Shown here: positions 26,341-34,298 of the stretch, piece after piece | How the letters are laid out: each line of letters starts with the position of its first letter | Numbering within the stretch: position 1 is the stretch's first letter | IMG/VR virus record: IMGVR_UViG_3300025723_000044 | Location: 1-57,251 of that record | Strand: one strand, 5' to 3' | Length of the DNA: 57,251 bases | DNA from: a virus | Lineage: Duplodnaviria; Caudoviricetes | Notes under the pieces: model-generated | Database searches by the model: none | What the model was told of the DNA's origin: nothing | What the model saw: the letters and a program-made list of their open reading frames with translations, nothing else | Translations under genes and position numbers: made by a program

Positions 26341-28308
26341 ATGCCTTTACAACAAACTTCAGGTAATGTTACGCAAGATGCGTATGGTGGTGGTGCTGCA
26401 TCTTTGCCTGTTTATGTAGAAAATGTATTTAGCACTTATTTGTATACAGGAAATGCAACTACCTCTTCTATTTCTACAAAAAATATTGTAAATAATTTAA
26501 ATATATTAACAAATGGTGGATTGGTTTGGATTAAAGATAGAAGTGGTGCAAATAATAATTTTTTATTTGATACTGCAAGAGGAAGTACTCAAAGTTTAAG
26601 AAGTAATCAAACAAATGGAAATACAGTTCTCCCATCTTCAAGCGCAAGTATGGCATTCAACACAAACGGGTTTACTGTTGGTGATTCCACACCTTTTGGG
26701 GCATTAAACGCTTTTCCAGACACTTATGTTTCATGGTCTTTTGTAAAACAACCTAAGTTTTTTGATATTGTTACTTATACAGGAACAGGTTCAGCGCATA
26801 CGATTGCTCATAATTTGGGTGTAGCACCTGGTTGTATTATTGTTAAACGTACGGATACAACAGGAAATTGGCAGGTTTACCATAGTGGATTAACATCTGC
26901 TGCTTATTCTATTCAACTTAATTTATCAAATGCACAAGCATCTGCTACAACTGTTTGGAATAGCACAGCACCCACATCAACTGTATTTAGCGTAGGAACT
27001 GATGCAACAGTAAATGCTTCTGGTGGAACTTATGTCGCTTACATCTACGCATCCAACGCAGGAGGTTTTGGATTAACTGGTACGGATAATGTGATTAGTT
27101 GTGGGTCGTTTACAACCAATAGTAGTGGTGCGGTAACAGTAAGTCTTGGATATGAACCTCAATTTGTAATTATCAAAGCATATAGCAATGCTGATGATTG
27201 GTATACAGTTGATAATATGCGTGGTTGGTCACAAACTCAATTTAATAGTTTGAATCCTGATAACACAACTATAGAACAAGCATATAGTCCCGGCATTTAC
27301 CCAACTGCAACTGGTTTTCAATCAATAACTGGTGGCTCGGCATTAACTCCTAGTTGGTCTTACATCTACATAGCCATACGCAGAGGCCCTATGGCAGTTC
27401 CTACTACTGGGACTAGTGTGTTTAGCCCAGTTGCTCAAACAAGTGCAGGAACAGTAACAACAAATTTTCCTGTTGATTTATCAATTAGTAATAGAAGGGT
27501 TGGATCTTCTGCAAATTCACAAGTTATTGATAGATTGAGAGGAAGTAGTACAACAAGTAGTGCAACTTTAAAAACAACTGCTACAGATGCTGAAACAATC
27601 AATACAGTTGGTTTAGGTTTTGATAGCAATACAGGATATATTGATAATTTTTGGTCACCATCTAATAGTATTGTTTATTGGAATTTTGAACGTGCACCAT
27701 CATTTTTTGATGTAGTTTGTTATACAGGAACTGGAAGCGCCACAACGATAAATCATAATTTGGGTGTTGTTCCACAAATGATTATTGTTAAAGGTAGAAG
27801 TACTGCAACAAATTGGAACACTTACAATGCTACTTTAGGTAATACAGGATATATTAGAATAGATAGCAACGCTGCATCAGGGACTTCAACTGCTTTTTGG
27901 AATAGCACAACACCAACTTCAAGTGTTTTTTCATTGGGGGCAGCTGGTGGTGTAAATGGTTCTGGTACTACTTATGTAGCCTATTTATTTGCAACTTGCC
28001 CTGGTGTTTCTTATGTAGGTTCATACACAGGAAATGGTACTACTCAAGCCATAGCTTGTGGATTTACAGGTGGTGCAAGATTTGTTTTGATTAAGCGTAC
28101 TGATTCAACAGGTGATTGGTATGTTTATGACACAGCACGCGGAATGACATCGGTAACAGACCCATATTTGTTATTAGATTCAACAGCCGCAGAAACAGCA
28201 ACTTTAGGCTCTGTAACAAGCACTACTGGTGGTTTTACAGTAAATGCCGCCATATTAGCCGCAATCAACACAAGCTCAGCAACTTACATTTTCCTCGCAA
28301 TTGCATAA
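26341..28308 (+). CDS. Receptor-binding/tail fibre tip protein with internal duplication
   Basis: Repeated FFD(I/V)V.YTGTGSA.TI.HNLGV.P..IIVK modules; ends YIFLAIA. Confidence 0.8.
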   Translation: MPLQQTSGNVTQDAYGGGAASLPVYVENVFSTYLYTGNATTSSISTKNIVNNLNILTNGGLVWIKDRSGANNNFLFDTARGSTQSLRSNQTNGNTVLPSSSASMAFNTNGFTVGDSTPFGALNAFPDTYVSWSFVKQPKFFDIVTYTGTGSAHTIAHNLGVAPGCIIVKRTDTTGNWQVYHSGLTSAAYSIQLNLSNAQASATTVWNSTAPTSTVFSVGTDATVNASGGTYVAYIYASNAGGFGLTGTDNVISCGSFTTNSSGAVTVSLGYEPQFVIIKAYSNADDWYTVDNMRGWSQTQFNSLNPDNTTIEQAYSPGIYPTATGFQSITGGSALTPSWSYIYIAIRRGPMAVPTTGTSVFSPVAQTSAGTVTTNFPVDLSISNRRVGSSANSQVIDRLRGSSTTSSATLKTTATDAETINTVGLGFDSNTGYIDNFWSPSNSIVYWNFERAPSFFDVVCYTGTGSATTINHNLGVVPQMIIVKGRSTATNWNTYNATLGNTGYIRIDSNAASGTSTAFWNSTTPTSSVFSLGAAGGVNGSGTTYVAYLFATCPGVSYVGSYTGNGTTQAIACGFTGGARFVLIKRTDSTGDWYVYDTARGMTSVTDPYLLLDSTAAETATLGSVTSTTGGFTVNAAILAAINTSSATYIFLAIA

Positions 28309-28317
28309 GGATAAATC

Positions 28318-28770
28318 ATGGAAATTAGAACACAAAATGGTCAAGTAATGTTTGAATCAGAATTCAGACAACACATCAAACAAAACGGTGGGGGTACATG
28401 GGACATCACAACGCCTGAAATTATTGCTGAACTTGGTGCAAATGTAGTATTTGAAGGCCCACAAGCCCAACCCACACGCTACCAAACCGCATTTAGAGAC
28501 GGCGTTCAAGAGATTGACGGGCAATGGTATACAAAATATTCTGTTGCTGACTTAGATGCTGATGCTATAACTGCGAAAGACGCAGAACAAGCCAAGTCTG
28601 TTCGTCAACAAAGGGATGACAAGCTCAAAGCAACAGATTGGACGCAAGTATCTGATGCACCTGTTGACAAAACAGTATGGGCAACATACAGACAAGCACT
28701 GCGTGATTTGACCAAAGAACAAGGTTTTCCTTGGGAAATAACTTGGCCTACTGAACCAAAAGGAGTTTAA
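28318..28770 (+). CDS. Tail fibre assembly chaperone
   Basis: VRQQRDDKLKATDWTQVSDAP...WATYRQALRDL...WP. Confidence 0.85.
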   Translation: MEIRTQNGQVMFESEFRQHIKQNGGGTWDITTPEIIAELGANVVFEGPQAQPTRYQTAFRDGVQEIDGQWYTKYSVADLDADAITAKDAEQAKSVRQQRDDKLKATDWTQVSDAPVDKTVWATYRQALRDLTKEQGFPWEITWPTEPKGV

Positions 28771-28772
28771 CA

Positions 28773-29699
28773 ATGACAATCCCTCGTAATCTTGGCACAT
28801 TTGCCGATAATTTAAATTCATCAGGTCAAGCATCATTGACGACTGGTGTGAGTGGTACTTTGCCAGTGGCAAACGGTGGTACAGGTAGCACTTCTACTAC
28901 GTTTGTTAATCTTGCAAGTAACGTAACAGGCACTTTACCCATAGCTAACGGTGGAACGGGAAGCACGTCTACTACATTTGTAAGCCTAACTACAAACGTT
29001 TCTGGCACTCTACCGATTGCAAACGGCGGAACAAACTCCACTGCTACTGCAACTGCGGGTGGTGTTGGATATGGAACAGGCACTGCTCATGCGTATACAG
29101 CCGTAGGAACTTCAGGTCAAGTATTAACAAGTGCAGGCGCAGGGACGCCAACATGGTCTACACCTAGCGCTGGTGCTATTACATTAATTAGCACGTTGAC
29201 TGCATCTGGTTCGGCTTCTTTATCGTGGACAGGATTAAGTGGCTACGATAAGTATTATTTGGTATTTGAGAATTTGCTTCCTGTCACAGGAAGTGGTTAT
29301 TTGGCAATGCGGCTTGGTACTGGCGCTGGGCCAACTTACGCAACAAGCGGTTATTATGCCGCAGGTACATTGTCTTTTAGTGATACTGCCACAGTTACTG
29401 GAAATGTTAGGCAGGCAAACACTGCTTATGCGGCAATAGCAAGCAATTATGGAAATATTAGCGCTTCGGGTGAAGGTGCCAGTGGTTTTATAAATATTTT
29501 TAATTTTTCATCTGCTACCACAAATAGCGCATACTTCAATTCTATGACGGGGGCTTTAACCAATACTCCAAATTATTCAGCAGAATTTATTGCTGGGTTT
29601 TTAACAGGAAACTCAACTGCAAAAACAGCTATACAAATTTATTTTACTTCCGGAAATATAGCATCAGGTAAAGTTTCTCTTTATGGAATTTCATCTTAA
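28773..29699 (+). CDS. Second tail fibre protein
   Basis: GTLP(V/I)ANGGTG repeats, GQVLTS.G.G.PTW, C-terminal GKVSLYGI. Confidence 0.8.
   Translation: MTIPRNLGTFADNLNSSGQASLTTGVSGTLPVANGGTGSTSTTFVNLASNVTGTLPIANGGTGSTSTTFVSLTTNVSGTLPIANGGTNSTATATAGGVGYGTGTAHAYTAVGTSGQVLTSAGAGTPTWSTPSAGAITLISTLTASGSASLSWTGLSGYDKYYLVFENLLPVTGSGYLAMRLGTGAGPTYATSGYYAAGTLSFSDTATVTGNVRQANTAYAAIASNYGNISASGEGASGFINIFNFSSATTNSAYFNSMTGALTNTPNYSAEFIAGFLTGNSTAKTAIQIYFTSGNIASGKVSLYGISS
28851..29042 (+). repeat. About 2.5 tandem 75-nt (25-aa) coding repeats
   Basis: SGTLPVANGGTGSTSTTFVNLASNV / TGTLPIANGGTGSTSTTFVSLTTNV / SGTLPIANGGTNST. Confidence 0.85.
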
Positions 29700-29708
29700 G
29701 GATTTATA

Positions 29709-30002
29709 ATGTTATTAAACGAAAAAATTAAAGCGTATTTAGCAGTCAATAACATTATTTATAATGTTGGTGATTATGAAACTGGCGAGACTGAGGGCAA
29801 TCCTGAAGAAATCTTAGTTTGGAATGAAGCCAATCTTGGCGCTCGTCCTACGCAAGAACAATTGGATTCTGCTTACACAACACAACAAGCAAACATCACT
29901 GCGGCACAAAATGCGGCAACAGCAACAAAAGCATCAGCACTTGCAAAGTTAACTGCGCTTGGTTTAACTGTTGACGAGATCAAAGCTATAACTGGAGCAT
30001 AA
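29709..30002 (+). CDS. XkdW-like fibre chaperone
   Basis: ILVWN...RPTQEQL...ALAKLTALGLTVDEI; follows a fibre gene. Confidence 0.65.
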   Translation: MLLNEKIKAYLAVNNIIYNVGDYETGETEGNPEEILVWNEANLGARPTQEQLDSAYTTQQANITAAQNAATATKASALAKLTALGLTVDEIKAITGA

Positions 30003-30003
30003 G

Positions 30004-30180
30004 ATGGCAACTAAGTTCATTCAAAAAGCTATCAAACACCCCGGAGCTTTGCGTAAAGAATTGGGCGTTAAAGAAGGCAAAACGATTCCTGCAAAGAAGC
30101 TAGCCGCCGCTGCAAAAAAACCCGGGAAACTGGGGCAGCGTGCGCGGTTGGCCGAAACGCTCAAGGGCTTTAAGAAATGA
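30004..30180 (+). CDS. 58-aa basic protein (not in ORF track)
   Basis: MATKFIQKAIKHPGALRKELGVKEGKTIPAKKLAAAAKKPGKLGQRARLAETLKGFKK; GGAG RBS; ATGA overlap with 30177. Confidence 0.8.
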   Translation: MATKFIQKAIKHPGALRKELGVKEGKTIPAKKLAAAAKKPGKLGQRARLAETLKGFKK

Positions 30181-30371
30181 GCGATACTGAAAAAGACTTA
30201 GCCGTCCACGTTGCCGTATGTGACCAACGCTATCAGCAGATTTCCCAATCCTTAAAAGAAGGGGAGAGGCGCATGACTAAGATCGAGTATTTGATCTATG
30301 CGGTGATGGCAATGGTCATGTTTGGCCCCGGTGTAGCGGCAACGTTTTTTCACAAAGTCTTTGGAATCTAA
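30177..30371 (+). CDS. Small coiled-coil + TM protein (holin/XhlA-like)
   Basis: HVAVCDQRY coiled coil, C-terminal hydrophobic helix; in lysis cassette. Confidence 0.65.
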   Translation: MSDTEKDLAVHVAVCDQRYQQISQSLKEGERRMTKIEYLIYAVMAMVMFGPGVAATFFHKVFGI

Positions 30372-30915
30372 TGGATCCGATCACCATCTTTGCGGCGTGT
30401 AAAGCGGCTCATGCAGGGATTCGTGAGTGCATTGATCTCTACCAAGATTTCAAGAAAGACGGCAAAGAGGTTGGTGATATTGTCAACGATATTGGCAGTC
30501 ACCTTGGTGCGTTCTTTACCCATCAAGAGTCGTTCAAGGAGGCTGAGAAAGAAGCCAAGAAGAACCCTCTACCCAAGAACATCAGCATCAATGAAGAGGC
30601 AATGAACAGAATTCTGCGCCAACAACAGATTGAACAGATGGAGACTGAACTTCGTGAGATGATTATTTATCAGGTTGGGATGCCGGGTCTGTGGTCAAAA
30701 TTCACAGAAATGCGAGAAGTTGTCCGAAAAGAGCGCGAAAAAGTCGAGCGTGAACAAAAAAAGCCCGTGAAGACGCCGATAGAAAAAGGCGTCAATTCAT
30801 TGCAAAGTGGGAGCTTCGGGGCGCGATTTGTGCAGGAATCATTGCGTGGCTCTTGGTCTTTGGCTCGCTTATGTACGGTATCCATCTAGATTACCAAAAG
30901 TCGAAAGGACAATAA
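30371..30915 (+). CDS. Lysis-cassette coiled-coil protein: 172 aa in 0 frame (stop 30889), 181-aa TM-anchored form by -1 frameshift (stop 30915)
   Basis: A_AAA_AAG at 30757-30763 in frame; -1 frame gives AREDADRKRRQFIAKWELRGAICAGIIAWLLVFGSLMYGIHLDYQKSKGQ* abutting the holin ATG. Confidence 0.75.
30757..30799 (+). promoter_or_regulatory. -1 ribosomal frameshift signal (slippery heptamer plus 3' hairpin)
   Basis: AAAAAAG then TGAA-GACGCC...GGCGTC-AA-TTCA stem starting 4-8 nt downstream. Confidence 0.65.
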
Positions 30916-31416
30916 ATGGATTGGCTTAAATCAATTGCACCTACGATAGCTACAGCGCTCGGTGGCCCCCTTGCAGGCATGGCTGTTGAGGCCGTTTCCA
31001 AAGCCATAGGGGTTGACCCTAGTGAAGTTCAAAATGTTATCAGTTCAGGCAAGATGACCGCTGACCAGATTGCCTCGCTCCAAACCGCTGAGATTGCCTT
31101 AAAAGCTCGGGCGCAAGAGATGGGGCTTGACTTTGAAAAGCTGGCCGTTGCAGACCGAGCAAGCGCTCGTCAAATGCAGATGACCACAGGCAGTTTTATA
31201 CCCCCTGCCTTGTCCATTATGATTGTGCTGGCTTGGGCGGCGGTGCAGTTTTTCTTGTTGACCCATGTGATTGAGCCGACCATGCGCGAGCTAATTGCCC
31301 GTGTACTGGGTACGCTTGATGGGGCTTTAATGTTAGTTCTTTCGTTTTACTTTGGCTCATCCAGTGGTTCACAAGCCAAGGACACAATGATCCACAACTC
31401 GACACCCACAAAATGA
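30916..31416 (+). CDS. Holin (3TM GTA-holin-like)
   Basis: APTIATALGGPLAG, DRASAR, two TM helices, SFYFGSS; adjacent to endolysin. Confidence 0.75.
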   Translation: MDWLKSIAPTIATALGGPLAGMAVEAVSKAIGVDPSEVQNVISSGKMTADQIASLQTAEIALKARAQEMGLDFEKLAVADRASARQMQMTTGSFIPPALSIMIVLAWAAVQFFLLTHVIEPTMRELIARVLGTLDGALMLVLSFYFGSSSGSQAKDTMIHNSTPTK

Positions 31417-31847
31417 CTACACTACTCAGCCCCCATTTTTCGCTTGAAGAGCTTACAATTACAGACCACAGGGAGTTTTCAAATGAACCTAATGAATCTG
31501 AAAGACAAAATCTTGTCCGGCTCGCAAACTTTTTGGAACAAGTTAAGTTCGTATTGGGCGGCGTTCCGATCATGGTTAATTCGGCCTATCGATCCGCCCA
31601 AGTGAATCAGGCGGTTGGTTCAAAAGACTCGAGCCAGCATCGAGTGGGGTGCGCGGCTGACCTCCGAGTCCCCGGCATGACCCCAGACCAAGTGGTGCAA
31701 GCCATCATCGGGTCACAGTTAGAATTTGATCAAGTTATTCGGGAGTTCGACCGCTGGACGCATATTTCTGTGCCAAACCACGAAGGCGAAAAGCCTAGAC
31801 GCCAAGCGCTTATCATTGATAAAATGGGCACAAGGAAGTACGCCTAA
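31413..31847 (+). CDS. Endolysin, peptidase M15A family
   Basis: LSPHFSLEEL, VNSAYRS..VN.AVG, SQH..G.AAD, FDQVI.E...WTHIS. Confidence 0.9.
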   Translation: MTTLLSPHFSLEELTITDHREFSNEPNESERQNLVRLANFLEQVKFVLGGVPIMVNSAYRSAQVNQAVGSKDSSQHRVGCAADLRVPGMTPDQVVQAIIGSQLEFDQVIREFDRWTHISVPNHEGEKPRRQALIIDKMGTRKYA

Positions 31848-33940
31848 TGCCTTTATTTAAACCCACGTTCAGACCCGGAGTCAACCGCGAGAACACCCGT
31901 TATAAGAACGAAGGTGGGTGGTACGAGTCCGACAAAGTAAGGTTTCGCCAAGGCAGTCCCGAGAAGATTGGCGGCTGGACACAATATTCAACAAGCAAAT
32001 TTTTAGGTGTTTGTCGTTCACTTTGGAATTGGATTACTTTAGCTTCTCAAAATATTGTAGGTGTTGGCACTAGTTTAAAATACTATTTAACCATAGGTGA
32101 TATTTATTACGATATCACCCCTATCAGACTTACGCAAACACTTACAAATCCGTTTACAGCTTCGGCAGGTTTAGCAACAATTACAGTATCAGCTACCGCA
32201 CACGGGGCTATTATTAATGATTTTGTAACGTTTAGTGGCGCTACAGGGCTTGGTGGTAATATCACAGCCGCAGTACTAAACCAACAGTACCAAGTTACAA
32301 GCGTACCTAACGCAAATTCTTTTACTTTTGTTGCAACAGCTACTGCCAATTCAACAGATGCGGCCGGGTCTCCGGGTGGTGGTACGGTTACAGCAGCATA
32401 CCAAGTAAATACTGGCCCCTCTGTTCAAACGCCATTTACAGGTTGGGGCGCTGGTAATTGGGGTTATGGTAATTGGGGTAATGGGCAAGTTGTTAAAAAC
32501 AATCTTCAAATTTGGAATGCCTATAACTTTGGACAAAATTTGCTATTTGGGCCTGCTGGCGGCGGTATTTATTATTGGGCTGCGCCTACGTTAACTAATC
32601 CGGGAGTTTTGCTTAGTAGTACGGGTGGGACAGTTACTATTACTATTGCGTCTCCTGCGGTAGTTACCTCATCGGTTAATTTGCCCAATAACAGTTCTAT
32701 TCAACTGGGCACAACTGGCGCGCTGCCAACTGGCTTAGCAACGAATACCACATATTATGTTGTCAATGTTTCAGGCACTACGTTTAATCTTGCCGCCACA
32801 GCCAATGGCGCGCCAATAAATACAAGCGGGTCACAGTCTGGCGTGCAATCTATTTCTGATTTAGTGGACGTACCCTTGTTTCAAAACTACTTGCAAGTCT
32901 CAGATGCGTCTAACTTTGTTCTTGTTTTTGGTACAAACGCGTTGGGTACAACAACTATAGATCCCATGCTCATTAGATGGTCGGATCAACAAAATCCTTT
33001 GGTATGGTATCCCGATATTACCAACCAAGCAGGTGATGTGCGCCTGTCTCACGGGTCTAAAATTGTAACGGCAATTCAAACTCGCCAAGAGATATTTGTA
33101 ATGACAGATCAGGCGGTTTATTCGCTTCAATACCTTGGGCCACCCTATGTTTGGGGAGTGCAATTGCTCAGTGAAAACATATCTATTATTGGCCCCAACG
33201 CCGCCGTGCTTGCGTCTGGCATTGTATATTGGATGGGCATAGATAAGTTTTATATGTATAGCGGCGGTGCGGTAGCTACATTGAATTGCGATCTACGACG
33301 CTATGTATTTCAAAATATTAATTATTACCAAAACGAGCAAGTGTATTGCTCAACTGTAGAAGGTTTTAATGAAGTTTGGTGGTTCTATGTGTCAGGAACA
33401 GGCACACAAGTTAACAGTTATGTTGTGTATAACTACCTCGAAAAAACATGGTGCTATGGCACAATGGGTCGCACAGCTTGGTTGGACACAACGCTTCAGT
33501 CTAATCCTATTGCGGCCACTTATAACGGGTATTTGTGCAATCAAGAAAGTGGTCTTGATGATAATGAGACTGGAACCCCTGCCCCAATAGACGCCTACAT
33601 CTCTTCTTCTGAGTTTGATATTTCAGACCCAACAGGAGATCATTTTGCTTTTATTACCAAAGTTTTGCCTGACTTGACGTTTGAAAATTCAACGGCCACC
33701 AATCCCGTTACCACAATGACAATTCAGTCTTTGACCAACTCAGGGTCTGGCGTTACGCAGGCCGTGCCCAATTCGGTATATAGCGTCAACATTAACGGCA
33801 ACCCTGAGACATTTACGGGGTATGTGTACACCCGAATCAGAGGACGCCAATTTATATTTAAGATGGAGTCCAATCAACTGGGTACATCGTGGCAATTGGG
33901 CGCTCCGAGGTTTGACGCCAGAGCAGATGGGCGCAGATAA
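31847..33940 (+). CDS. Tail nozzle / DNA stabilisation protein (P22 gp10-like) with beta inserts
   Basis: F.PGVNRENT...VRFRQG.PEKIGGW; IRWSDQ, VYWMG, EVWWFY; ends DGRR. Confidence 0.75.
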   Translation: MPLFKPTFRPGVNRENTRYKNEGGWYESDKVRFRQGSPEKIGGWTQYSTSKFLGVCRSLWNWITLASQNIVGVGTSLKYYLTIGDIYYDITPIRLTQTLTNPFTASAGLATITVSATAHGAIINDFVTFSGATGLGGNITAAVLNQQYQVTSVPNANSFTFVATATANSTDAAGSPGGGTVTAAYQVNTGPSVQTPFTGWGAGNWGYGNWGNGQVVKNNLQIWNAYNFGQNLLFGPAGGGIYYWAAPTLTNPGVLLSSTGGTVTITIASPAVVTSSVNLPNNSSIQLGTTGALPTGLATNTTYYVVNVSGTTFNLAATANGAPINTSGSQSGVQSISDLVDVPLFQNYLQVSDASNFVLVFGTNALGTTTIDPMLIRWSDQQNPLVWYPDITNQAGDVRLSHGSKIVTAIQTRQEIFVMTDQAVYSLQYLGPPYVWGVQLLSENISIIGPNAAVLASGIVYWMGIDKFYMYSGGAVATLNCDLRRYVFQNINYYQNEQVYCSTVEGFNEVWWFYVSGTGTQVNSYVVYNYLEKTWCYGTMGRTAWLDTTLQSNPIAATYNGYLCNQESGLDDNETGTPAPIDAYISSSEFDISDPTGDHFAFITKVLPDLTFENSTATNPVTTMTIQSLTNSGSGVTQAVPNSVYSVNINGNPETFTGYVYTRIRGRQFIFKMESNQLGTSWQLGAPRFDARADGRR

Positions 33941-34266
33941 TGGCAATTAAACCCATCAACCCAACACCGCCAAATCTTCCGTTGGCTCCTTTACAGTACG
34001 ACCAAGCCATTTCAAATCAATTGGCCAACGTTTTGCGTTTGTATTTTAATCAAACAAATGATGTTTTAAATACACTGGTTGCCGCGTTCATCACCAACAC
34101 ATCCATAACCACAGTAGCTAAACTGCCTACAGCTTCTATGGCAAATGCTGGAAGTAGGACTTTTGTATCAGACGCAACAGTTACAACATTTGGCACTACG
34201 GTGGTTGGCGGCGGATCAAATACTGTGCCAATCTACTCCACCGGCACTAGCTGGAACATTGGTTAA
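33940..34266 (+). CDS. Tail-associated structural protein
   Basis: PNLPLAPLQYD...VLRLYFNQ; TVAKLP...VPIYSTGTSW. Confidence 0.75.
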   Translation: MAIKPINPTPPNLPLAPLQYDQAISNQLANVLRLYFNQTNDVLNTLVAAFITNTSITTVAKLPTASMANAGSRTFVSDATVTTFGTTVVGGGSNTVPIYSTGTSWNIG

Positions 34267-34298
34267 ATGGTAAACTTCAACTTATTCATGGAGCAAAC

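Noticed and set aside
26341-29699. Diversity-generating retroelement acting on tail fibres
   Set aside because: No reverse transcriptase in the window; the duplicated segments differ at all base types rather than at adenines and are in-frame protein repeats.
30371-30420. Lipoprotein (spanin) signal at FAAC in the frameshift gene
   Set aside because: Cys is residue 10, with no basic n-region and too short an h-region.
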